From positions 64,001-128,000 of the forward strand of contig CAVZVA010000002.1 in the NCBI GenBank assembly GCA_963778655.1: DNA of 64,000 nt. The letters are read 5' to 3'. The notes under the pieces are model-generated. The model had not been told where the DNA came from and did no database searches. It was given only the letters and a program-made list of their open reading frames with translations. Origin of the DNA: an uncultured delta proteobacterium (GTDB lineage: Bacteria; Myxococcota_A; Polyangia; Polyangiales; JAFGIB01). Below, piece by piece: positions 21,775-31,058 of the stretch; within the stretch, counting starts at the first letter, position 1; every line of letters starts with the position of its first letter. The translations under genes and the position numbers were made by a program.

Positions 21775-22146
21775 TCAGAACACGGCCGCGTCGGAGCCGC
21801 CTGCGAGCCTGCCCGGCGAGGTGCCGGCGAAGCGCGTGAACTCGCGGATGAAGTGTGGCTGGTCGTAGTAGCCCGCCAGCTGTGCGACCTGGGCCAGCGG
21901 GCCACCGGCTTGCATGCGCTCGACCGCACGCTCGACGCGGCGCAGGCTGGCGTAGCGCTTGGGCAACAGCCCCACGCGGGCCAGCATGCGACGCTCGAGC
22001 TGACGCTCGCCGATGCCGAGCGTGTGCGCGGCGGCCGCCACGCGTGTATCGGCGTCGCCGCCGGCGTCGAGCAGCTGCAACGCACGCCCGACCAGGCCGT
22101 CGTGCGCGTAAGGCAGGCTGCGCAGCAGCTGCTGCAGGACGTCCAC
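21775..22146 (-). pseudogene. C-terminal half of an AraC regulator; N-terminus lost at a junction
   Basis: GERQLERRMLARVGLLPKRYASLRR..AGYYDQPHFIREF; upstream sequence switches abruptly to an RHS-type fragment. Confidence 0.75.
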
Positions 22147-23255
22147 TCGCGCTCCGACAGCCGCACCTCGGTCAGGTGCTGCTCGTGCTCCAGCGTGATC
22201 GTGCACGGAAAGTTGAACCCGTACGGCGTATCCGGGTACGTCACGAACCACTCGCTCCCCGGCGCACGGTTGTGCTGCAGCGAGCCCTGCTTCACGTCCA
22301 ACCGCCAACCGTAGCCGAAGTCCTGCTTGTTCTTGTCCCGGCTGTCGTAGCTGCGCACCACCGTGATCGGGATCCCCGCCATCGGCACCGCCATGTCCAC
22401 AAACGACAGCTGAACCACCCCGACCTTGGCCTGGCCTTCCACCCGCACCGGGATCGCCACCTGGCTGGACTGGCCGTTGACGTCGTGCGCCGTCAGCCTC
22501 AGCTCGTAGTAGCCGTCGCGCAGCAACGTCGCGTCCAGCGTGCCCAGCGCGCCGTCTTGCACGCTCTGGTAGCCCTGGGCGACCTGCGTCCAGCTGCTCT
22601 CTCCGATGCGCCGCTGCTCCAGCGTGTAGCCCATCAGGTTGGGGTCGCTCGCTGTGCCCACGATGGCCTGCAGGTAGGTCGCCTCCGCGTCCTTGGCCGG
22701 AGTGCTGATCGCCACCACCGGCGGCGTCGTGTCCCCGGCGTCCTGCACCCCCACCAGCAGCGTCTTGGTCGAGACGTTGCCGCTGGCGTCGACCGCCGTC
22801 ACCACCACCGTGTGCACGCCCGGGCTGCTGCTGCTGAAGTCCAGCTGCCCGTTTTCGTCGAGCTGCGCCGGCGCGCCGTCGATCGTCACCTCGAGGCTGC
22901 TCACGCCGACCTCGTCGCTGGCAAGCGCAGTCAGAGTCAGCGTGCCCCCGGGCACGATCGTCTCCTGGTCCACGTTGACGTCCAGCACCGGCGGCGCTGC
23001 TGTCCTCGGTGACCTCCACCGTGAAGCTCTGCGTGTCCTGCAGCCCGCCGCTGTCGGTCACCTGCACCGTCACCGCGTAGCTCCCGAGCGCATCCGGCTG
23101 CCATTGGATCACGCCCGTGACCATGCCGATGGTCATGCCCTGTGGCCAGTCGAGCAGCGTGTAGCTCAGCACCTCGCGCGTTCCGAGGTCGGCCGCGTCC
23201 ACGTCGTAGCGGTAGTGACCGTGGATTACCGCGTGCGTCGGCGCATGACTATGGC
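22146..23255 (-). pseudogene. Fragment of a giant Ig-domain/RHS protein, frameshifted at about 22998
   Basis: YRYDVDAAD..WPQGMTI (putative Ig), DTTPPVVAIS, VPMAGIPITVVRSYDSRD..DFGYGW. Confidence 0.75.
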
Positions 23256-23275
23256 TCCTCTACGTTGCTACAGCG

Positions 23276-23692
23276 CTAGCGCATCAGGACACGAAAGCCG
23301 GCCTGACGGAAGTGCTTGTCAGGCGTCGCGGCCTCCGTGCAATGGTGATCGGCCATGATCTCCATGCTGAGACAGTCGGTCAGACTCCATTCTTTGTCGA
23401 GGTGCGCCCCGTATCGGGTCTCGGCACGGGCGAGCAACTTCACGTCGATGGGTACGACGGTCCAGCCGCGCGCGCCTCGGATCTTTTGCAGTGCGCCGTG
23501 CGCGATGCCGCGCAATGGGCTGTGGGCAAAGAAGTTCGCAAGCTCGATCAACACCGCGTCGCTCGTCAGCAGCGCCCGATTCTTCTTCTCCCAGCGACTG
23601 GCGAGCGACAGCGCCTGGTCGTGCAAGGCGTCACGCCGATTTAGCAGCGCGACGAAGTAGCCGGTGTCGACGAGGATCGGCGCATCAGCCAT
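23276..23692 (-). CDS. vapC: PIN-domain toxin (VapC)
   Basis: LVDTGYFVALLNRRDALH, VLIE, WSLTDCLS, TPDKHF. Confidence 0.88.
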   Translation of the reverse strand: MADAPILVDTGYFVALLNRRDALHDQALSLASRWEKKNRALLTSDAVLIELANFFAHSPLRGIAHGALQKIRGARGWTVVPIDVKLLARAETRYGAHLDKEWSLTDCLSMEIMADHHCTEAATPDKHFRQAGFRVLMR

Positions 23693-24110
23693 CGCTCGAC
23701 CCGTACAGGTATTCATCGATATTGCGGCTTCCGTCGCGTCGCTCGTCTTCTCCGCTGCTCTCGGCGAGGTGCAGCAGCAGTCCCGCTCCGCCCGGCGGGT
23801 CGACACCTTCACCGAGTGCGTCGACGTCCTTCACGACGCGGTGAATCTTCACCTCGACGGCACTTCCGGGTTCGACGTGAACCGCAGCCGCAGGCACGGA
23901 AAACTCGTTGGCGGACGTCAGCTGCGACCACAAGTGATGCCATCGACCGCCGCTGGCGAGGCGGATCGAATACAGGATCAAAAGGCTGTCGGCCTGTCGC
24001 GCCAGGCGCAACCGCTGCTGCACGTCGACGGGCAACGCGATCTGCCGATTCTTGGTCCGTTGGACCGTCGCTTTGAATTGCGCGAGCACGTTGGACAGAT
24101 GATTTGCCAC
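23685..24110 (-). CDS. Putative antitoxin of the PIN toxin
   Basis: Overlaps the vapC start; ends DGSRNIDEYLYG, a typical VapB-like tail. Confidence 0.7.
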   Translation of the reverse strand: MANHLSNVLAQFKATVQRTKNRQIALPVDVQQRLRLARQADSLLILYSIRLASGGRWHHLWSQLTSANEFSVPAAAVHVEPGSAVEVKIHRVVKDVDALGEGVDPPGGAGLLLHLAESSGEDERRDGSRNIDEYLYGSSDG

Positions 24111-24223
24111 ACCCTGACGATGAACTCGAGCGGTCCTCTAGTCAAGTCTCGGCGAGACTGGACAATGACAGGCGAGCGCGTCGGCACGCGCCATCGCGCA
24201 GCGTATTCGCGCGCGCGATGACT

Positions 24224-24380
24224 CTAGCGAAGGCGTTTGCGAAGCAAGCGCGGTGCGCCCGCGAGACGGGGCCCGGTGGCCTCGTAGTTTCTTCGAAGAT
24301 AGAAGTCTTCGGCGTTCGGGCTCGCTTCCAGCCTCACCTCCGCGACCCATCGCTTGCCGAGCTCGACCACCTCCCGGGTC
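24224..24380 (-). pseudogene. C-terminal GNAT acetyltransferase remnant
   Basis: EVRLEASPNAEDFYLRRNY resembles GNAT motif B; no N-terminus. Confidence 0.5.
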
Positions 24381-24438
24381 TCCGTCCGTGATTGAATTTG
24401 GACGCAACTGGCGCCGTCCCCGTCCGATGACGGCGGGC

Positions 24439-24575
24439 ATGACGCAGCCACGGATGTGCCTGCCGGGGACGACGTACCTGGTCACCCAGACGGTTCACAA
24501 TCGCCAGTTCTTGCTGACCCCGAGCCCGGTCGTCAATCAGGTCGCGCTCTACTGCGCCTTCCCCGCCGCCAAAGT
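24439..24575 (+). pseudogene. N-terminus of a REP-associated Y1 transposase cut by IS66
   Basis: MTQPRMCLPGTTYLVTQTVHNRQFLLTPS..NQVALYC, ending at the IS66 terminus. Confidence 0.7.
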
Positions 24576-24654
24576 GTATCCGCTTCACCGACGCGTGTAG
24601 CGACCGTCGGGGTGCGAGGCCACGCTGTGGTCCGTGACTACGACTGGCGCGACC

Positions 24655-26481
24655 TCAGCCCGACGGCTGCTGCTTGGACGGCGTGGTCGTGTCGAGGGGC
24701 TCGGCGGGGATCGCGATCGGGCCAAGCTCGGCGGCGAGCTGTTTGCGGTCGAGCCGTGCGCGAGTCTGCGCCCAGAACAGGGGAGCGAGCTCGAGCATGC
24801 GGCCAGGGGGCCACTGCGGCACGAGCCGGATGAGGCAGCGCAGGTACTGCTCGGGCTCGATTCGGTGCAGCCTGGCCGAGGCGACGATGGAGAAGAGCGC
24901 GGCGGTGCTCTTGGCGTGGTCGTCGCTTCCGCAAAGGAGCCAAGCCTTCCTTCCCAGCGCCACGGCCTTGATCGCGCGTTCAGCGCGGCTGTTGTCCATG
25001 ACGAGCCGGCCGTCTTCGAGGAAACGCGTCAGCGCATCGCGTTGATTGCGCGCGCAGCCGAGCGCGGTGCGCAGGTAGCCGCGTTGCGCCTGCACCATGG
25101 GGTAGTGCTGCTCGACCCAGGCGAAGAAGTCCTCGACGTGCGGTCGCAGGTGCTGCTGTCGCCGCCGTTTGATCTCAGCGGGCGGATTCTTCTGCCACGA
25201 AGCATCGAGCTCGAAGATGCGCCCGATTCGCGCGAGCCCCTCGCGCGCGACCGGGTCTTTGGCCACCGCCGCCTCCCAATACCGTCTGCGCAGATGGTAC
25301 CAACAGCCCACTTCGGCGCGGGTGCAGCCGTCAGGCTCGATATCGGGGTGGTTGCGCCGGACTTCGGCAGCATCGCAGAACAGCACGTCGAAGACATTCT
25401 TGGCGTCGGCCTGGATGTAGCCGTCGAAGCCGAAGAAGGCCGCGCTCACCTTCGCGCTGGTCTCGCGTTCGAGATAGTCGAAGAAGATGTGATCGGCGTC
25501 CGCGATCTGAACCAGGAAGTGCCCCTTCTTGCAGGGCTGCCGGCCTTGCTCGTTGCTGTAGATCGGCTGCACACACACGCCAGTAGCGTCGGTCGAGATA
25601 CAGAACGCGGTCGCGAGCGCGTGCTTCTGCATCGCCTTGACGACGGTTTGCCCCAGCACGTCACCGATCAGCTTCTTCCAGCGGCAGAGCGTGCCACGGT
25701 CGATGGCGATGCCTTCTCGCCCGAACGTGTCCTCAATGCGAAACAGCGGCATGCCCTTGCCGACGTTCTCCATGATCACGTGGGCAGCGAGCGAGGGCGC
25801 GGCCATCGAGCTGGCGGCCAGCATCTGGTCAGGCATCGGGGTCGTGATCACGTCGGTGTCGCCCGCGGCGTCGACCGTCTTGTAGCGAGCGCGCGCGACG
25901 ACCAGCCGGTACTTGCCGCCGCGCTTGTGCGCGAGCTTGTAGCTGTTCTCGAAGTCGTGGCGAACGACCTTGCCCTCGGCCACCAGCTTCTCCAAGTACG
26001 GGTCTGTGATCTCAATGCGCTCCTCGGGCAGCGGCAACTGCTTGAGGTCGCGACGACCCGTGCCGCGATTGTGCTTTCGCTTGCCGCGGCGCTTGCCGTC
26101 CTTGGCCTTCACCTGGTCGCTGTCGTCCTTGGGCTCGTCTCCGCGGGTGATGCCGAGCGTCCCGGCCAGCATCTCGACCTGCCTGAGCTTGTCAGCGAAC
26201 TCCAGCTTCAGCTGCTCGGTGTCTACGCGCTCGGCCTTCGCGATGAACAGTCGGCGCTTCCAGAGCGCGAGCTCCTGCAGCGCCACATCATAGGCCGCGC
26301 GTAGCACGTCGCGCTCCTGCTCGAGCTCCGCGACGCGTTGCGCGGTTTTCATGTGCTCATTGCGCTCGACGACGAGCAGCGCTTGGAGCTCCGCCACCCT
26401 CGCAGGCAGTGACGTTGCGTCGCTCGCGCGCTGCTCGCTACTCACGCCGCAATCACTGACACATCCGATCGGCGCGTCCAA
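24655..26481 (-). CDS. tnpC: IS66 transposase TnpC
   Basis: MPLFRIE, STDATG, QADA, GCWYHLRR, MDNSRAERAIKAVALGRKAWL; start may be about 26445. Confidence 0.92.
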   Translation of the reverse strand: MDAPIGCVSDCGVSSEQRASDATSLPARVAELQALLVVERNEHMKTAQRVAELEQERDVLRAAYDVALQELALWKRRLFIAKAERVDTEQLKLEFADKLRQVEMLAGTLGITRGDEPKDDSDQVKAKDGKRRGKRKHNRGTGRRDLKQLPLPEERIEITDPYLEKLVAEGKVVRHDFENSYKLAHKRGGKYRLVVARARYKTVDAAGDTDVITTPMPDQMLAASSMAAPSLAAHVIMENVGKGMPLFRIEDTFGREGIAIDRGTLCRWKKLIGDVLGQTVVKAMQKHALATAFCISTDATGVCVQPIYSNEQGRQPCKKGHFLVQIADADHIFFDYLERETSAKVSAAFFGFDGYIQADAKNVFDVLFCDAAEVRRNHPDIEPDGCTRAEVGCWYHLRRRYWEAAVAKDPVAREGLARIGRIFELDASWQKNPPAEIKRRRQQHLRPHVEDFFAWVEQHYPMVQAQRGYLRTALGCARNQRDALTRFLEDGRLVMDNSRAERAIKAVALGRKAWLLCGSDDHAKSTAALFSIVASARLHRIEPEQYLRCLIRLVPQWPPGRMLELAPLFWAQTRARLDRKQLAAELGPIAIPAEPLDTTTPSKQQPSG

Positions 26482-26510
26482 CGTTTTCTTCGGGCGCCAT
26501 GCATTTTCCT

Positions 26511-26801
26511 TCAGTGCAGGCGGCGCGAACCAACATCGATGTCGATCGCGTCGAGCTCGCGCTCGCTCAGCTCCACGCTACTGGATTCGGCGTCGAGCGC
26601 CTGCGGTACGCGAAATGTTCCGCGGTCGAGACGCTTGTAGAACAGACATAGGCCCGACCCATCGAAGAACAAGATCTTCAGCGCCGTGCGACGTTTTCCG
26701 AAGAAAACGAACAGCGCACCGCTTCGCGGCATCCGACCCAGCCGCTCCTGAACCACGCCGGCCAGCCGGTCGAACCCCCGCCGAAGGTACCTGGCGGACA
26801 T
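26511..26801 (-). pseudogene. tnpB: IS66 accessory TnpB, N-terminally truncated
   Basis: RRGFDRLAG, LFVFFGKRR, KILFFDGSGLCLFYKRLDRG. Confidence 0.85.
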
Positions 26802-26850
26802 CGTGGAGTTGGCCGAGAGTTGAAGCCGTCCGCTGCTTCGGCCTTGTGCT

Positions 26851-27252
26851 TCAACCCCGCTTCGAGGCGCCGCGCTTACCCTGCATCTTCAGCTTGTAGT
26901 CCTGCACCAAGCATTCGATGGGGATCTCCAGCCGTTCGTGCAGGCGGCGGATCATCGCGAGATTCAGCCGGCGGCGACGCCCCATCACCTCGGACACGCG
27001 AGCCCGCGTCTTGAAGATGGGCAAGAGGTCGTTGTTGGTGAGCCCCTCTTGCTCCATGCGGAAGCGGATGGCTTCGATGGGGTCGGGCGCGGGCATCTCA
27101 AAGTGCTCCCGTTCATAGGCATCGACCAACGCCGACAAGACCTCGAAGCGGTCGCCTGCGGGAGTGCCGGGCTTGGCCTTGTCCCACAGGCCCTCGATCT
27201 CTCGAAGCGCCCAGGCGTGATCCTTGGCGGTGCGAATCGGCTTGATGTCCAT
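26851..27252 (-). CDS. higA: HigA antitoxin
   Basis: MDIKPIRT..AYEREHF..PDPIEAIRFRMEQ..RVSEVM..LNLAMIRRLH. Confidence 0.9.
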   Translation of the reverse strand: MDIKPIRTAKDHAWALREIEGLWDKAKPGTPAGDRFEVLSALVDAYEREHFEMPAPDPIEAIRFRMEQEGLTNNDLLPIFKTRARVSEVMGRRRRLNLAMIRRLHERLEIPIECLVQDYKLKMQGKRGASKRG

Positions 27253-27265
27253 GACGGTGCTTCCT

Positions 27266-27559
27266 TCACACGGTGGCGGCGTTGATCTTGTCGTACTCGG
27301 CGTGCGTGCCGATGAACCGGATGTAGACGGCGTGGAACTCGAACTTGACGGCGACCACGACTCGGTAGGTGTTGCCCTTGATGTTGAAGACGACCCGTTC
27401 CTTGTTGATGATGCTCGCCGACGGGTAGCGGGCCTTGATGTCCTCGGGGCCGGTCCAGTCGGCTTTCTCGACCTCGGCGAACCACGCGAACAGCGGTTGC
27501 CGAGCGTCGGAATGGGCGTCCGCAAAGGCCCTCACGGTCGAGCGGTTGAAGACGCGCAC
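27266..27559 (-). CDS. higB: HigB toxin
   Basis: RVVFNIKGNTYRVVV..IRFIGTHAEYDKINA; toxin-first gene order. Confidence 0.9.
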   Translation of the reverse strand: MRVFNRSTVRAFADAHSDARQPLFAWFAEVEKADWTGPEDIKARYPSASIINKERVVFNIKGNTYRVVVAVKFEFHAVYIRFIGTHAEYDKINAATV

Positions 27560-27667
27560 GACAGGGAGTATAGCTCGCTCCCAAAACGGGAGCAAGCGCT
27601 ACCTTGAGGAACGTGTTCCTCAAGGTCGAGCGGTACCCTGCGCGTGGGCGGTGGAGGCGTGGGACGA

Positions 27668-27889
27668 GTGACAGTGCCTACGACCTACTCTACGACAGGA
27701 CGCGCCTGGGTCAACGCCAGCCGCAAAGAACCATGCTCGATCTGCGGTAAGCCCGACTGGTGCCGTCGCACCGAAGACGGCTTCATCGCCGACTGCTACC
27801 GCCAGCAAGGCGTCGGCGGTTTCATCAAGACCGACAAGATCGGTCGCGTCTGCTGGCGCCACTACCATGGGCAGGTGGCCCGTGGCTGA
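27668..27889 (+). CDS. Stand-alone primase-type zinc-binding protein
   Basis: SRKEPCSICGKPDWC..C; stop overlaps the GTG start of the primase-helicase. Confidence 0.65.
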   Translation: MTVPTTYSTTGRAWVNASRKEPCSICGKPDWCRRTEDGFIADCYRQQGVGGFIKTDKIGRVCWRHYHGQVARG

Positions 27890-30395
27890 TGCATCGACCA
27901 TCTACTCCGACTTCCTGCGGCTGTGCCCGCTGTACACGCGGCACCATGAGCACCTTCGGGAAGTCCGCAAGTACACGGACCAAGAGATCGAGCAGCTCGG
28001 GTTCAAGTCCGTGCCCGAGTTCATCGACGTTCACGCGATCACCGACAAGCTCGTGGAGCTGCACGGACAGGATGCGGTACTCGCTATTCCGGGCTTCAGG
28101 CTCGGACGCGAGACTGAGTTGAAGGACGGTACGGCGGTACCGCCGCCGGTCCTGTTCACTGCAGCGAAGGGCATCCTGCTTCCGCAGCTTGGCAGCGACG
28201 GCAAGGTCGAGTCGATCGTGCTTCGCGTGGAAGATCCGAAGAAGGGCGACCCCCGGTACCTCCTACTGACAGACGCCGCCGGCAAGGCCACGATCAAGAC
28301 AGGCATCCACTGGCCGCCGAGCAAACAGCAGACCCTCGACCGTGTGCGTGTCACCGAAGGCATCTACAAAGCCAACACCGCGACGCTACGCACCGACATC
28401 TACACGCTCGGGATGCCCGACTCCGGGTGGTGGACGCCGGCCTTCGAGGTGGTGCAGAAGCTCTTACCGAACGCGACCATCGTGGTGTGTCCGGATGGCG
28501 ATGTCCGGACCAACATCGGCGTCTGCCTGACCCTGGTGAACGCCGTAGACAAGCTCACGGCAACCGGGGTGTCCTGGGAGCTGGAGCTGTGGAAGGTGAA
28601 CACCAAGGCCGAGCCCAAGGGCATCGATGACTTGCTGAACAGCGACGGCAAGCCGAAGGTGGTCGCTGGCGTGCTGCGGTGGGCACTGCTCGGCAAGCTG
28701 CTCGGGAAGCACGGCATCACGGACCCTCGGGTCGATGCCAGGATCGCCCTGGACGACATCGTGGCCAGGGTGACGGCGGACGTGACGGCGGCCTTCAAGC
28801 CCGGCGTCCCGGAAGCTCTTGCCCATCTCGACCTCGGCTCGGTGGAGGGTCAGGCGATCCTGATCCCGCTGCAAGAGCTGCTCCGCCGGAAGGGCTGGAG
28901 GGAATTCAAGACTCGGCTCGATGCACAGATGGCGAAGAACGCCGAAGCGCGTGCCAAGGCGAAGGCCGAGGAACGCACTGCCATTGCCGATGCCAACGGG
29001 ATCAGGACCTTCCGGCGTGGTGACCAAGCCGAGGCCGCACTCGCCCTGCTCGACGACCTCACCACCGTGGGGCTCAAGCGTGCGTACCAACGCTGTGTGT
29101 ACGCAGACGGCGATCTCTACTTGTACGACGGCCGCATCTTCGTGAAGCAGATCAACGATGAACTGGTGAACAAGGTGGCAGCCTACGCGGGCCATCCCGT
29201 GGGACCCTACGGCAAGCCGCTCAACGTCTCCGAGAACTTCACCCGTGGCGCCGTGAAGCTCGCGTACGCAAACCGCTCCCAGCCCGAGTTCTTCGCCAGC
29301 GCACCACACGGCATCGCGTTCGAGGACAAGTTCCTGACGGTCAAGAACGGCACCGTCGAGGCCGTGCCCCACAGCATCGAGCACGGCGCCAGGTTCATGT
29401 TCGACTTCGAGTACGCGGCCGACCTCGTTCCGAAGCGGTTCATCGCCGCACTGGAGCGGTGGTTCATCGACAAGCCTGACAAGCACCAGTACATCGCCTG
29501 CGTCCAGGAACACATGGGTGCCTGTGTCTCCGGGATCGCGCCCAGGTACAGCCGGGCTGTCGTGCTTCGAGGCGAAGGCAACGATGGAAAGTCCACGCTG
29601 GCGGCGATCTATGAGGGGGTGCTGCCGCCGGGGTCGGTCAGCTATGTGGCCCCGCAGGACATGGATCGAGAATACGATCGGGCTGCGTTGGCCGGGGTCT
29701 TCCTCAACGTCTGCTACGAGCTGCCCGAGAACGACCTCATGGACGCCGGGCCGCTCAAGGCAGTCGTCGTCGGCGACCGGATCAAGGCACGCCAACCCTA
29801 CAGGCCAGTGTTCTGGCTCGTACCGAGGGCCGGTCAGCTATTCGTCTGCAACACGTTGTTCAAGACCCGCGACTTCACAAAGGCGTTCGCGAGGCGGTGG
29901 GTCATCCTCGATTTCACCGCACCGATGGGAACCGTCGAAGGCGATGTCCTCGACCCCACGTTCGCCAGGGACGTTCTTCGCCAGGAACGGGCGGCCATCA
30001 TCTCGTGGGCTGCCGAGGGCGCCAAGCGTCTACTCGAGAACGGCGAGTACACGATCCCCCAGGCGAGCCACGACGCGGTGGCCGAGTGGATGGGTGAATC
30101 CAACACGGTGCAGCAGTACGCCGAGGAACGTCTCGTGATTCTCGCCGAGGTAGGCGGCCACGGCGTTGCCGGGTCGGAAATCTACGACGACTACAAGCTC
30201 TGGATCAAAGACGTGAACCCTAGCAGCACGCCACTGTCTCGATCTGCGCGATCGAAATACGCGAGGGGAAACCGGGCCGTTCTGAGCACGGTTGGCGAGG
30301 GGCTGCATTTGCTTGCCCTCGCTGAGCGTGATCGAGATCCGCGGCTTGTCCGTGCAAGCTGGGAATCGACACGTTCTGGGAGGCAACCGCCATGA
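27882..30395 (+). CDS. Phage/plasmid primase-helicase (Toprim/DUF3854-like + D5 + SF3), C-terminus replaced by transposon sequence from about 30249
   Basis: VTEGIYKA, CPDGD, KGIDDLL; Walker A GEGNDGKS; LKAVVVGD; FARRW. Confidence 0.85.
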   Translation: MADASTIYSDFLRLCPLYTRHHEHLREVRKYTDQEIEQLGFKSVPEFIDVHAITDKLVELHGQDAVLAIPGFRLGRETELKDGTAVPPPVLFTAAKGILLPQLGSDGKVESIVLRVEDPKKGDPRYLLLTDAAGKATIKTGIHWPPSKQQTLDRVRVTEGIYKANTATLRTDIYTLGMPDSGWWTPAFEVVQKLLPNATIVVCPDGDVRTNIGVCLTLVNAVDKLTATGVSWELELWKVNTKAEPKGIDDLLNSDGKPKVVAGVLRWALLGKLLGKHGITDPRVDARIALDDIVARVTADVTAAFKPGVPEALAHLDLGSVEGQAILIPLQELLRRKGWREFKTRLDAQMAKNAEARAKAKAEERTAIADANGIRTFRRGDQAEAALALLDDLTTVGLKRAYQRCVYADGDLYLYDGRIFVKQINDELVNKVAAYAGHPVGPYGKPLNVSENFTRGAVKLAYANRSQPEFFASAPHGIAFEDKFLTVKNGTVEAVPHSIEHGARFMFDFEYAADLVPKRFIAALERWFIDKPDKHQYIACVQEHMGACVSGIAPRYSRAVVLRGEGNDGKSTLAAIYEGVLPPGSVSYVAPQDMDREYDRAALAGVFLNVCYELPENDLMDAGPLKAVVVGDRIKARQPYRPVFWLVPRAGQLFVCNTLFKTRDFTKAFARRWVILDFTAPMGTVEGDVLDPTFARDVLRQERAAIISWAAEGAKRLLENGEYTIPQASHDAVAEWMGESNTVQQYAEERLVILAEVGGHGVAGSEIYDDYKLWIKDVNPSSTPLSRSARSKYARGNRAVLSTVGEGLHLLALAERDRDPRLVRASWESTRSGRQPP

Positions 30396-30991
30396 CGATG
30401 AGCCTGCTGTCTGATCCTCGCCTGCACGAGCTGCTTGAACGAATTGATCGGGAACTGGCCCAAGAGGTCCAGAGCCAAGGCTGCCCTCAATGCGGTGGGC
30501 GGCTTCACGGTGCCGCGTACCCTCGGTTCGCTCGAGGAGTTCCAGCAAACATGCGAGGGGAGCCTCTGCGGCGGCTGAGTTTCTGCTGTGACCGGGAAGG
30601 CTGTCGTCGAAGGGCAACACCCGCGTCCGTGCGCTTCCTGGGCCGACGCACGTATCTGAGCGCCGTGGTCGTGCTGGTCAGCGCCATGCACCACGGGCTT
30701 ACGGGGGACCGCTACGGCAAGCTCAGGGCGTTGCTGGGCGTGGGACGCCGGACGGTGCAACGCTGGCGCCGCTGGTGGCACGACACGTTCGCGAGGAGCT
30801 CATTCTGGCACATCGAGCGGGCCACCTTCATGCCACCTCCTCGCCACGAGGGGCTTCCTCGCGAGCTTCTGGAGAGCTTTCGCAGTGACGACGCGATGAC
30901 CCGGCTGGTAGCACTGCTGCGTTGCATTGCCCCCATCACCGTGCCGTCGGAGCACGATCTTCGAAGGCCCATCAGGTCCCGCAGAGGATGA
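30392..30991 (+). CDS. Zn-ribbon/HTH accessory gene of a DDE transposon (DUF6431-like)
   Basis: CPQCGGRL..SFCCDREGCRRR..SVRFLGRR..RRTVQRWRRWW; paralogous to 32697-33290. Confidence 0.75.
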   Translation: MTMSLLSDPRLHELLERIDRELAQEVQSQGCPQCGGRLHGAAYPRFARGVPANMRGEPLRRLSFCCDREGCRRRATPASVRFLGRRTYLSAVVVLVSAMHHGLTGDRYGKLRALLGVGRRTVQRWRRWWHDTFARSSFWHIERATFMPPPRHEGLPRELLESFRSDDAMTRLVALLRCIAPITVPSEHDLRRPIRSRRG

Positions 30992-31058
30992 CTCTGATCA
31001 CGTTGTTGGAGGGCAACGCCTCAACCCACGCGCCGCACTGACGCCGTTTCCGAAGACT

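Larger units (their letters stand above)
24576..26801 (-). mobile_element. IS66-family element, left part (tnpA and left end) missing
   Basis: GTATCCGCTTCACCG terminus at 24576; contains tnpC and a truncated tnpB. Confidence 0.8.

Noticed and set aside
21123..22988. 621-aa Ig/RHS-hemerythrin fusion ORF in the track
   Set aside because: Read-through across a junction: the middle is an off-frame AraC remnant and the hemerythrin gene has its own RBS and ATG at 21689
24634..26304. Long antisense ORFs (also 28464-29795, 39185-40639, 51467-53089)
   Set aside because: Shadow frames opposite well-supported genes, expected in high-GC DNA
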